From the IMG/VR virus record IMGVR_UViG_3300033182_000581, positions 30,492 through 94,491 of that record: DNA of 64,000 nt, one strand, 5' to 3'. Shown in pieces: positions 18,974 through 27,713 of this stretch. The stretch comes from a virus. Numbering within the stretch: position 1 is the stretch's first letter; each line of letters opens with the position of its first letter. The notes under the pieces were generated by a model. It saw nothing but the letters and a program-made list of their open reading frames with translations. It had not been told where the DNA came from and searched no databases. A program made the position numbers and the translations under genes.

Positions 18974-20746
18974 ATGAAGAATTACGGAGAAGAATTAGGC
19001 TGGGAACTCGGAGTAGATTTTCCAGATTGGGCTAATACGGAAATATATGTAAAAACAATCTCAAAAGGTTATCTATTGGCGGGTGAAACTCCTAAAGATG
19101 CATATTGGAGAGTATCAACATCAGTTGCCCGTAGATTAGGTAAACCACAAATGGCATCTAAGTTTTTTGATTATATTTGGAGAGGTTGGTTAAATCTTGC
19201 AACACCTGTATTATCAAACACTGGTACTGATAGAGGATTACCAATTAGTTGTTTTGGTATTGATGTGGGTGATTCAATTCAAGAGATAGGTAATAAGAAC
19301 TTAGAGATGATGTTACTCGCCAAACATGGGGGTGGTGTAGGTATTGGCATCAATCAAATCAGACCTGCCGGGAGTAAGATTACACAAAATGGTACATCTG
19401 ATGGTGTAGTTCCATTTGCTAAGATTTATGATTCCACAATCCTTGCAACAAATCAGGGTTCAGTTCGTAGAGGTGCCGCATCGGTGAATCTAAACATCGA
19501 ACATGGTGATTTTGATGAGTGGATTGAAATCAGAGAACCTAAAGGTGATGTGAATCGACAATGTTTGAATTTACATCAATGTGTTATCGTTGGTGATAAG
19601 TTTATGAGAAGATTGGAAGATGGTGATGAAGAGGCTCGTAGAAGATGGGGTAAAGTACTTCAGAAGAGAAAGGCAACTGGCGAACCTTACATTATGTATA
19701 AGGGTAATGTAAACAAACAAAACCCAGAAGCATACAAACAAAATGGATTGAAAGTGTTTATGACGAACATTTGTTCTGAGATTGCACTTCATACTGATGA
19801 ATCACATTCATTTGTATGCTGTTTATCATCTCTTAACCTATCTAAGTATGATGAGTGGAAACATACAGACCTTATCTATACGGCAACTTGGTTCTTAGAT
19901 GGTGTATTGGAAGAGTTCATCCAACGGGCGAAAAATATGAGAGGGTTTGAAAACTCAGTTCGTTCTGCTGAAAAAGGTAGAGCATTGGGCTTGGGTGTAT
20001 TAGGATGGCATACCTACCTACAACAAAAAGGTATTCCATTTGATTCACTTCCAGCCCAATTTGAAACTCGTAGAATCTTTTCTCAACTAAAGATTGAATC
20101 AGAAAGGGCGAGTAGAGATATGGCGTTGGAATATGGTGAACCACTATGGTGTGTTGGTACAGGTATGAGAAACACTCACCTAAGAGCAGTTGCACCAACG
20201 GTATCAAACTCTAAGTTGGCTGGTAATGTATCACCAGGTATTGAACCTTGGGCAGCCAATGTATTCACCGAACAAACTGCAAAGGGTACATTTATTCGTA
20301 AAAACAAAGAGTTAGAGAAAGTTCTCAGAAAGGTTGGTATCAACAACAAAGAAACGTGGGATAAGATTCTTACCGACGGTGGCTCAATTCAGGGGATTGA
20401 TGAATTAGATAATTGGGTATATTGTGATGGTAGAGTTATGAATGTATCCGATTGTGAAGAGGGTAAAGAGGTCGATAGAGTTAAAGATGTATTTAAAACC
20501 TTTAAAGAAATCAATCAGTTAGAGTTGGTTAGACAGGCAGGTGTAAGACAACAATACATCGACCAATCAGTATCGTTGAATTTGGCATTCCCATCGGTGG
20601 CAACTCCAAAGTGGATGAACCAAGTTCATATGGAAGCGTGGAAACAAGGTGTAAAAACCTTATATTATACCAGAACTGAATCAGTTTTGAGAGGTGATAT
20701 TGCAGCACAGGCGATGAACCCAGATTGTATCAGTTGTGATGGATAA
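18974..20746 (+). CDS. nrdA: Class I ribonucleotide reductase alpha subunit (no ATP cone)
   Basis: ISCF, GGGVG, NICSE, APTVSNS, KTLYY, C-terminal CISC. Confidence 0.95.
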   Translation: MKNYGEELGWELGVDFPDWANTEIYVKTISKGYLLAGETPKDAYWRVSTSVARRLGKPQMASKFFDYIWRGWLNLATPVLSNTGTDRGLPISCFGIDVGDSIQEIGNKNLEMMLLAKHGGGVGIGINQIRPAGSKITQNGTSDGVVPFAKIYDSTILATNQGSVRRGAASVNLNIEHGDFDEWIEIREPKGDVNRQCLNLHQCVIVGDKFMRRLEDGDEEARRRWGKVLQKRKATGEPYIMYKGNVNKQNPEAYKQNGLKVFMTNICSEIALHTDESHSFVCCLSSLNLSKYDEWKHTDLIYTATWFLDGVLEEFIQRAKNMRGFENSVRSAEKGRALGLGVLGWHTYLQQKGIPFDSLPAQFETRRIFSQLKIESERASRDMALEYGEPLWCVGTGMRNTHLRAVAPTVSNSKLAGNVSPGIEPWAANVFTEQTAKGTFIRKNKELEKVLRKVGINNKETWDKILTDGGSIQGIDELDNWVYCDGRVMNVSDCEEGKEVDRVKDVFKTFKEINQLELVRQAGVRQQYIDQSVSLNLAFPSVATPKWMNQVHMEAWKQGVKTLYYTRTESVLRGDIAAQAMNPDCISCDG

Positions 20747-20791
20747 AGAAGTTATTTAAGATATGTTTAAAATTTTAATGAAGGTAAAAGA

Positions 20792-21031
20792 ATGAAGTAT
20801 TTGTATTTTTCAGCAGCATGGTGTGGCCCTTGTAGAACATTAGGCCCGATTATGAATCAGGTTTCATCAGAAGTTCCTGTACAAAAAGTAGATGTTGATT
20901 CTGAGTATGAGTTAGCACAAAAGTTTAACGTAAGAAACATCCCAACTGTGGTGTTGGTAAATGGTGATTCTGAATTGAAACGATTTGTTGGAGTACAAAG
21001 TAAAGATACCTACATAAACGCAGTAAAATAA
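20792..21031 (+). CDS. trxA: Thioredoxin
   Basis: WCGPC active site and IPT cis-Pro motif. Confidence 0.92.
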   Translation: MKYLYFSAAWCGPCRTLGPIMNQVSSEVPVQKVDVDSEYELAQKFNVRNIPTVVLVNGDSELKRFVGVQSKDTYINAVK

Positions 21032-21032
21032 A

Positions 21033-21064
21033 TTTGGATAATTAAAAAATTATTCGTATATTAG
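21033..21064 (+). promoter_or_regulatory. Bacteroidota-type promoter heading the nucleotide-modification operon
   Basis: TTTG 21033, TATATTAG 21057, 20-nt spacer; ATG at 21070. Confidence 0.75.
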
Positions 21065-21069
21065 TAGTT

Positions 21070-21492
21070 ATGAAAAAGCAATTACAACAATTATTGGAAT
21101 TCCAAAGAGCGTATAATTCTACGAGAAACACCAAACCAACCTTAATCTCAGAAGATGATTATGTACTAAGATATAAGTTGGGTAAAGAGGAACTGATAGA
21201 ATATTTTGATGCGTGTAAAGATGGAAACTTAACTGAGGTGGCAGATGCACTCGCAGACCAATTGTACATCCTTTTGGGTACAATGATTTCCCACGGTATG
21301 CAAGATGTAATCGAAGATATCTTTGATGAAGTACATCGTTCAAATATGAGTAAGTTAGGTTCAGATGGTAAACCCATTTATAGAGAAGATGGTAAGATTC
21401 TCAAAGGGCCTAACTTTTCACCACCTAATATATCTAAGTATCTTTCAAATAATGGTCAAATAGAAATCCCATTGGATGAAAAGGTACATTAA
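21070..21492 (+). CDS. MazG-like (PRA-PH family) NTP pyrophosphohydrolase
   Basis: EELIE...EVADALADQLY...EVHRSNMSK...REDGKILKGPNF. Confidence 0.88.
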   Translation: MKKQLQQLLEFQRAYNSTRNTKPTLISEDDYVLRYKLGKEELIEYFDACKDGNLTEVADALADQLYILLGTMISHGMQDVIEDIFDEVHRSNMSKLGSDGKPIYREDGKILKGPNFSPPNISKYLSNNGQIEIPLDEKVH

Positions 21493-21697
21493 GATGGTAG
21501 GTAAGGCCGCGTGGATGTTTGATAATAGGTTGAGGGGCGAAAATCATCCCAACGCTAAACTATCATCTGAAGATGTAGTTAAGATTAGAGAATTGCATTC
21601 CAAAGGGTTCTCAGTAAGAGTTATTGCAAAAAACTTTAAAGTATCCAATTGGAATATCAAACGTATAGTAGATAGAAAAACGTGGGTTCACATTTAA
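21476..21697 (+). CDS. Small HTH DNA-binding protein resembling the C-terminal domain of phage HNH endonucleases
   Basis: RGENHPNAKL...IR...IAKNFKVS...I...KTWVHI; no HNH catalytic motif. Confidence 0.7.
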   Translation: MKRYIKMVGKAAWMFDNRLRGENHPNAKLSSEDVVKIRELHSKGFSVRVIAKNFKVSNWNIKRIVDRKTWVHI

Positions 21698-21713
21698 TAG
21701 AAATAAATAAGTT

Positions 21714-22412
21714 ATGACATTAATAGAAGCAACTTCTCCAGGTGATGCATGGGTAAAAGTATCAAAACATCTTTTAGAAAATGGAGTTAGAGTAGGTAAC
21801 CTAACTGAAGAACTAAATGTAATGACAGAAATCACCGAATTCAAATCGGATGATTGGTTCGATGGCCATTTTAGAGAAGTTATGGGTGATGATAGAATTG
21901 ATTTTGCCAAAACGGTAACATTCCTTAAACCAGAACCTAAAAAATCAGATAATGCATTCTTTGAAGCAGAAGAAGGGTTGGATTATAAATTTATCAAAGA
22001 CCACTATCACCAATCTTATTGGGGTAGAATGGTTAGTTGGAGAGGTGAATTCAATCAGATTGAGAATGTAATAAAAATTCTTTCGACTGGGAAGGCAGTT
22101 AAACGTTGTGAGTTGATTATATTCGACCCCACAAAAGATGCACGAAACCCATACTCACAACCTTGTATGGTTATGATTGATTTAAAACCAAGAGATGGTA
22201 AGTTATATCTAACATCCGTTCTTCGTTCAAATAGAGTATCTAAATCTGGTTATGCAGATTATACCGCATTAGTAGAGATGGGTAATTTCCTTTCTGAGCA
22301 GAGTGGTTTGGAATTGGGTAAGGTAAGTGTACTTGCGTGTTCTTGTCATATTGGTGATATGAATGAAGAAAAAAAGAAAACCATTAAATTACTAGAAATT
22401 TTAGGTAAGTAA
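21714..22412 (+). CDS. Divergent thymidylate-synthase / dCMP-hydroxymethylase superfamily protein
   Basis: YWGRM, NQIE, catalytic PC (QPCM), RSNRVSKSGYAD aligning to TS RSxD...N, SCHI. Confidence 0.8.
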   Translation: MTLIEATSPGDAWVKVSKHLLENGVRVGNLTEELNVMTEITEFKSDDWFDGHFREVMGDDRIDFAKTVTFLKPEPKKSDNAFFEAEEGLDYKFIKDHYHQSYWGRMVSWRGEFNQIENVIKILSTGKAVKRCELIIFDPTKDARNPYSQPCMVMIDLKPRDGKLYLTSVLRSNRVSKSGYADYTALVEMGNFLSEQSGLELGKVSVLACSCHIGDMNEEKKKTIKLLEILGK

Positions 22413-22413
22413 T

Positions 22414-23919
22414 ATGTGTGGTATAGTTACAACAATAGGTTACGATACATCAGATGTAAATGTGATGTTAGATGCAATTGAGCATAGAGGTAGAGATTAT
22501 AGAGGTATCAATGAATTTGAAGTAAATGGTAAAAAGGTAGTTTTAGGACATAACCGATTATCCATCAATGATACATCTTCTGCCGGAAATCAACCTATGG
22601 AGTACGATGGTGTTTGGTTAGTAGTTAATGGTGAAATTTGGAACTATCCACAACTTCGAAAAGAATATGAAGAGAGAGGGTATAAATTCAAATCAAATTC
22701 AGATTCAGAGATTATTTTATTCTTATATAAAGAGGGTGAGTTAAAACGTCTGAATGGTATGTTTTCATTTGTTATTTTTGACGGAAGTAAACTAATCGTA
22801 TCTCGCGATTGGGTTGGTAAAATTCCATTGTATATCCACAACACTAACAAATACATTATTGCGAGTGAGATTAAGGCTATACAAACTCAAAACGGAATCA
22901 ATGATATTAAGATAGTTCCTAAAAACACCTTAATTGAGATTGATTTGAATACAGATGAGTTTATTGTACATAAAGATTACTACTTTAACTTTTCATCAGA
23001 AGTTACTCATGTAACATCACATGAAGATGTGGCAGAAACAACATTTAAATTATTAGAATCTGCAGTTGATAAAAGGTTAATATCAGATGTACCTATTGCA
23101 ACATCTCTAAGTGGTGGTATTGATTCAGCAATCATTACTTACCTATTGGCACAGAGAATTCCAAATATAAAAGCATATACTATTGCGTTTGACCAGGAAT
23201 CAAAAGATTTACAAAAGGCAAGGGTTTGTGCAGAATCAATAGGAATTGAATTAGTTGAGGTGTTTGTACCTCGCGATGAAAAGATTATCAAACAAAGATT
23301 TATGGAATCTATCAAAGTGATTGAGTTTCCATCAACCGTTCAAATGGAAGTTGGTATCCTACAATCATTCATAGCTGAAGAAATGGCCAAAGATGGTATC
23401 AAAGTAGCATTTAGTGGTGAGGGTTCTGATGAATCATATGGTTCTTACGGAACGTTCAGAATGTTCAGTAAGAAACCAGATTGGAGTGGTGTTAGAAAAA
23501 AACTATTTGAAAAACAACACTATGGTAATCTACTCAGAGGTAATACTATTTTTATGAATTATGGTACTATCGAATTGAGGTGTCCATTCTTTGATACGGA
23601 TTTCTTAGATTATACCACCAACCTTACCGATGAGTTCTTATCTCACAAAGGACAGTGGAAATTACCACTTGCAAATGCGTTTAGAGGTAAATTACCAGAT
23701 GAGATATTAGACCAGGAGAAACGTGCGTTTCAGAAAGGCACTAACTTTAAACAATACATAGAGGATATTATTCTTAATGATGCTGAGATAAACTTCAATA
23801 ACCGAAAAAATATGATTCACGTTATTGGTGATAATTTCAAAAGAATACATGGGTTTCCACATAAAAAACTAAGAGAAGAAGTAACATCAAATAATATTGG
23901 TATCTATCAATGGGTTTAA
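22414..23919 (+). CDS. asnB: Asparagine synthetase B-like glutamine amidotransferase
   Basis: N-terminal MCGI, HRG, HNRLSI, NGEIWN, SDSE; LSGGIDS; SGEGSDE; ELRCPF. Confidence 0.9.
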   Translation: MCGIVTTIGYDTSDVNVMLDAIEHRGRDYRGINEFEVNGKKVVLGHNRLSINDTSSAGNQPMEYDGVWLVVNGEIWNYPQLRKEYEERGYKFKSNSDSEIILFLYKEGELKRLNGMFSFVIFDGSKLIVSRDWVGKIPLYIHNTNKYIIASEIKAIQTQNGINDIKIVPKNTLIEIDLNTDEFIVHKDYYFNFSSEVTHVTSHEDVAETTFKLLESAVDKRLISDVPIATSLSGGIDSAIITYLLAQRIPNIKAYTIAFDQESKDLQKARVCAESIGIELVEVFVPRDEKIIKQRFMESIKVIEFPSTVQMEVGILQSFIAEEMAKDGIKVAFSGEGSDESYGSYGTFRMFSKKPDWSGVRKKLFEKQHYGNLLRGNTIFMNYGTIELRCPFFDTDFLDYTTNLTDEFLSHKGQWKLPLANAFRGKLPDEILDQEKRAFQKGTNFKQYIEDIILNDAEINFNNRKNMIHVIGDNFKRIHGFPHKKLREEVTSNNIGIYQWV

Positions 23920-24746
23920 AAGGATTTAACGAAGAAACTCCATTAGAGGAGTACAAAGTAAAAGGTCGTTCTGTTTGGGTAAAGAGAGATGACCTAATGG
24001 GTGATGGTGTTAGTTTACCGCCGTGGGGTAAGATTGGCGCAGTTTATGAACTTGTTAAAAAGTATGTAGATAGAAATAGACCATTAACTCACTTATCAGT
24101 AGATGGTTCTTGGACAGGTTGGGTTCTTGCAGCAATATGTGAAGATTTAGGAATTGAGTTCCACGTTTCGTATCCAGACTCTAAAAAGATTAGTAGAGTT
24201 TATTTGGATATGATACAAGAAATGTATCCATCAGTACATATGAATCCCATCAAACCAAATATGATGCAGATTATGTATAACTCTTTAAAAAGTACAGCTA
24301 AAGAGAATGGTTGGCAGATGTTACCATATGCGTTTGACCACGAATTTTATAGAGAATACCTTAAAGAAAGAATACAACCATATAAACATTTTAAAAATTT
24401 AGTTGTATCTTCGGGTAGTGGTGTAACTCTTTCTGGTCTTATGATGGGGTATTATGATGAAGAGTTAAAACAATTTTTTGTTAAGACTGATAAAAAAGTA
24501 TGGACAACGTGCGTATCATCTGAAAGTTCAATTCGAAAAATGTTATTAAAAAGTGGTGTTGGGCAAGTACCGATTGATATTAGAAAATCAGAGTATGGTT
24601 TTGATGATAGATTAGAAGGTTATGAAGCACCATTCCCATGTAATCAGTTTTGGGATATTAAACAATGGCATTGGTTAGAAAACAACATTGATTCTTTAGA
24701 AGGTGATATCCTTTTTTGGAACATCGGTGGCCTTTACAAATTTTAA
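23910..24746 (+). CDS. PLP-dependent fold-type II enzyme (ACC deaminase / D-cysteine desulfhydrase-like)
   Basis: TPLEE...VWVKRDDL...GK (PLP Lys), SSGSGVT phosphate loop, LFWNIGG. Confidence 0.8.
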   Translation: MGLKGFNEETPLEEYKVKGRSVWVKRDDLMGDGVSLPPWGKIGAVYELVKKYVDRNRPLTHLSVDGSWTGWVLAAICEDLGIEFHVSYPDSKKISRVYLDMIQEMYPSVHMNPIKPNMMQIMYNSLKSTAKENGWQMLPYAFDHEFYREYLKERIQPYKHFKNLVVSSGSGVTLSGLMMGYYDEELKQFFVKTDKKVWTTCVSSESSIRKMLLKSGVGQVPIDIRKSEYGFDDRLEGYEAPFPCNQFWDIKQWHWLENNIDSLEGDILFWNIGGLYKF

Positions 24747-24807
24747 CAATTTCTTAACATTAGAAATTTGGATATTACAAAAACTTTTTGTATATTAACA
24801 CTGTATT
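24743..24807 (+). promoter_or_regulatory. Repeated element copy 3
   Basis: TTAACA 24743, TTAACA 24754, TTTG 24767, TATATTAA 24791. Confidence 0.8.
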
Positions 24808-24827
24808 AAGAAATTAAAAATTGAAAT

Positions 24828-26459
24828 ATGAAGTTAATAAAGGAACATAACTGTGAGAGTATGGTTTGGACTCTGCAGGGTCAACCATTGGAACATGGTT
24901 TCGATGGTCAAAACTTCCTCATGGAGTGGGATGATAACTCGATTGGTTACGGTGGTAACTCCGTTATAAATAAGTTATTTAAAGATTCTAATGGTAGATG
25001 GTCTATTATTAGGGGACAACAAGGTGGTTCTTGTACCGATGAAAGATTTATCTACGGATTTATCGATAAGAAAAAAAGAAACAACGAAGAGCGAAATAGA
25101 AGTGAATCCAGTGGTTTAGCCGAGATGGGTGGTTCAGTTTCAACTCATAACTTTAGTACTAACGAAGTAGTTGGTTATGTAACTCCTGATAGGAAATTTA
25201 GAATAGCGAAATTCGAATACGGATTTCCAAATGGTTTAGAAACATCGGAAGTAACCCCTTCCGATTTTGTAAAACTACAATCATTAAAGGTTAGTATTTA
25301 CGAAGTTTCAAAAGAAGAATATTTGAATGAACATGGTCTTGGAAAATCGTTCAACGGATGGTTTAATAAATCTCTCCTTTTTAAAGGAACACGATTAAGA
25401 CCTGATTTTTACGGATTGGTTGATTTTTCATCAATGAGATATCAGTTTAGAACTGGTAAGAAGTTGAAGTATGAACTTCATGTTGAAGGTGAAGAACCAA
25501 TTTCACTTCCAACTAAAAGATTTTACTTCCCATGTAATTCAGGTGAGCCAGTAACTCACTACTCTCAAATGTTAGAAGTTGAGGATACTGAAGGTGAAAC
25601 ACTCCACACAATCCATTGTGGTTCTGATGTGTACGAAGGAACTTTACATAGTTATGAAACAATCAGAGCATCTCAGACTGATAAGTTGATGAAGTTAGAG
25701 AATATGGCAGGTGGTCAACACATGATTCACCCAACTCACTCTAAGAAGTTAGATTTTCCAACCATCGATGTAATCGACGCGAGTGGTACTTATATTACTA
25801 CCGTTCCATTGTTTACTACGAGTAGATGGGATGAGTTCTACAACAATAGAAAGTGGTTCTTTGTTCTCACATCCGATTCAGCAGTACCATTCGCAAGAAT
25901 GAAGAATCAGTTCTCTAATATGGAGTTTCCAATTGAGTTAAGAGCATATGTTAAGAGATTGGCTAAAAAACTTGATTTAGGTCATACAGGCTCTAAAAAG
26001 ATGCTAAAGAAGATTGAGGATGCAGAGGTTCAAAATTATGTAGATTGTTTAAAAGATGAAAATAACCCATCACATGCTACAGTTCTCCTTAATACTGAAA
26101 AGATTATTGGTGGTAAGATTGAAGTTAATAACATCGTTAGAGAGTGTACTACATATTCATTCAACACCGATTTAATTTTTAATTCAAATCACGAACACTT
26201 AGTTGAGTGGCAGAAAGATGGAATGGATGATGAACACATCACAGAGTTTATTGCCAGATTGGTGATGCCACGACATAAGTTCAAAACACTAACATGGGTT
26301 CATGGTGGTGAATCATCCAATTTGATTGGTAAGTTAAAAGAAGTAATAGAGGGTGGTAGAGTTAACCTTAATGGTATTGAGAAAATTCAAACAGTTAATA
26401 AGAAAGATTTCTATACTACTAAAGGTTATCAAAACGTAACAATCATTTATCAGAAATAA
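24828..26459 (+). CDS. Hypothetical protein; probable divergent GHKL/MORC ATPase fused to a PD-(D/E)xK-like nuclease
   Basis: MEWDDNSIG (ExxDNS box), SGLAEMGGS lid; C-terminal RE...TDLIF...LVEWQK...DDEHI. Confidence 0.5.
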   Translation: MKLIKEHNCESMVWTLQGQPLEHGFDGQNFLMEWDDNSIGYGGNSVINKLFKDSNGRWSIIRGQQGGSCTDERFIYGFIDKKKRNNEERNRSESSGLAEMGGSVSTHNFSTNEVVGYVTPDRKFRIAKFEYGFPNGLETSEVTPSDFVKLQSLKVSIYEVSKEEYLNEHGLGKSFNGWFNKSLLFKGTRLRPDFYGLVDFSSMRYQFRTGKKLKYELHVEGEEPISLPTKRFYFPCNSGEPVTHYSQMLEVEDTEGETLHTIHCGSDVYEGTLHSYETIRASQTDKLMKLENMAGGQHMIHPTHSKKLDFPTIDVIDASGTYITTVPLFTTSRWDEFYNNRKWFFVLTSDSAVPFARMKNQFSNMEFPIELRAYVKRLAKKLDLGHTGSKKMLKKIEDAEVQNYVDCLKDENNPSHATVLLNTEKIIGGKIEVNNIVRECTTYSFNTDLIFNSNHEHLVEWQKDGMDDEHITEFIARLVMPRHKFKTLTWVHGGESSNLIGKLKEVIEGGRVNLNGIEKIQTVNKKDFYTTKGYQNVTIIYQK

Positions 26460-26483
26460 ATGTACAAAATTGATATATAAAAT

Positions 26484-27713
26484 ATGACAGAAATACAACA
26501 ATATTTTGAGAAGTTTAAAGATATGGAGCCATACTTAGAAATCAATGAAGAAGAATGGTCTTACATAAAAGAAACTTTCCCAAAAGATGAGGTAAAAGAA
26601 GTATTGGCGGATATTCTTATGGATTATCCACTACCAACTTCTGAAATAAGTGAAGTTGATGCATATAATGATTTTATGAAACTAAAAGGAATTCGTTGGA
26701 ATGAACTTTTAGTAGAAGATGAGTGGTTTCCACGAAAAGCATCCGAATCAAAATATCCACTAATCTTCAGAGGTAAACCACAATATATTCGTAGATTAAA
26801 TACAGGTAATAATGCATCAAATCATTTTCAACAAGAAAATCGTTGGGGTGTAGATGGAACTGTATCACCTGGCCCAAAACGAACATGGGAAACGAGAAAG
26901 TTTATGGTTACTCTAATCGGTGGGTTATACACTCTTAAATTTCCAAAGGTTACCCGAAACGAATTGAGAGTTTGTTTAAGTTTAAGAAAATACATTTGTT
27001 CACAATTCAAACCAAATGTTGCAAAGGTATTCTATGAAATGATGGGTTCTGAGAACGTATTAGATTTTAGTGCAGGGTGGGGTGATAGATTCGCTGGATT
27101 TATGGCAGCAACAAACACCAAACATTATGTAGGGTTAGACCCTCGTAAAGAAAACCATCCTTACTATCATATGCAAGGTGAGTTCTATGATAAACACTTA
27201 GGGTTCTTTGAAGGTAACAAAGATTGGGAGTTTCATATCACTGCAGCAGAAGATTTTGATTTTACTCCTTATGATAATCATTTCGATATGGTGTTTACAT
27301 CACCACCTTACTTTTCAGTAGAGAGGTATTCATATGATGATAATCAGAGTTGGGTTCGATACAAAACGATTGATGATTGGAACAAAAACTTCCTACATAA
27401 AACTATTGAAAAGCTTTGGCCATCGATTAAGAAGGGTGGTTACATCGCAGTTAACATCGCTGATGTATATGCATCATCTGGCGGTGAGAGAAAGTATATG
27501 GAAATAACAAACCCAATGAATGATTTTATTAAATCGTTAGGTGGTACTTATGAAGGGTGTTTAGGTATGGAAATGGCTAAACGACCAGGTTCAGTTGGTG
27601 CAGGATTGGTAATCGAAGAGGATAGAGATAGATATACTGAAGAAGAATTAAGAAAGCATGATGAAAATGTTGGTAAAACATTTTGTGAACCAATTTGGAT
27701 TTGGAAGAAGTAG
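26484..27713 (+). CDS. DNA amino-methyltransferase (N4-C/N6-A type), paralog 1
   Basis: SQFKP, LDFSAGWGDR (motif I), FTSPPYF (motif IV), EPIWIW. Confidence 0.85.
   Translation: MTEIQQYFEKFKDMEPYLEINEEEWSYIKETFPKDEVKEVLADILMDYPLPTSEISEVDAYNDFMKLKGIRWNELLVEDEWFPRKASESKYPLIFRGKPQYIRRLNTGNNASNHFQQENRWGVDGTVSPGPKRTWETRKFMVTLIGGLYTLKFPKVTRNELRVCLSLRKYICSQFKPNVAKVFYEMMGSENVLDFSAGWGDRFAGFMAATNTKHYVGLDPRKENHPYYHMQGEFYDKHLGFFEGNKDWEFHITAAEDFDFTPYDNHFDMVFTSPPYFSVERYSYDDNQSWVRYKTIDDWNKNFLHKTIEKLWPSIKKGGYIAVNIADVYASSGGERKYMEITNPMNDFIKSLGGTYEGCLGMEMAKRPGSVGAGLVIEEDRDRYTEEELRKHDENVGKTFCEPIWIWKK

Noticed and set aside
21714-22412. Ordinary thyA
   Set aside because: It lacks the dUMP-specifying Asn and the RSxD Asp and is highly divergent.
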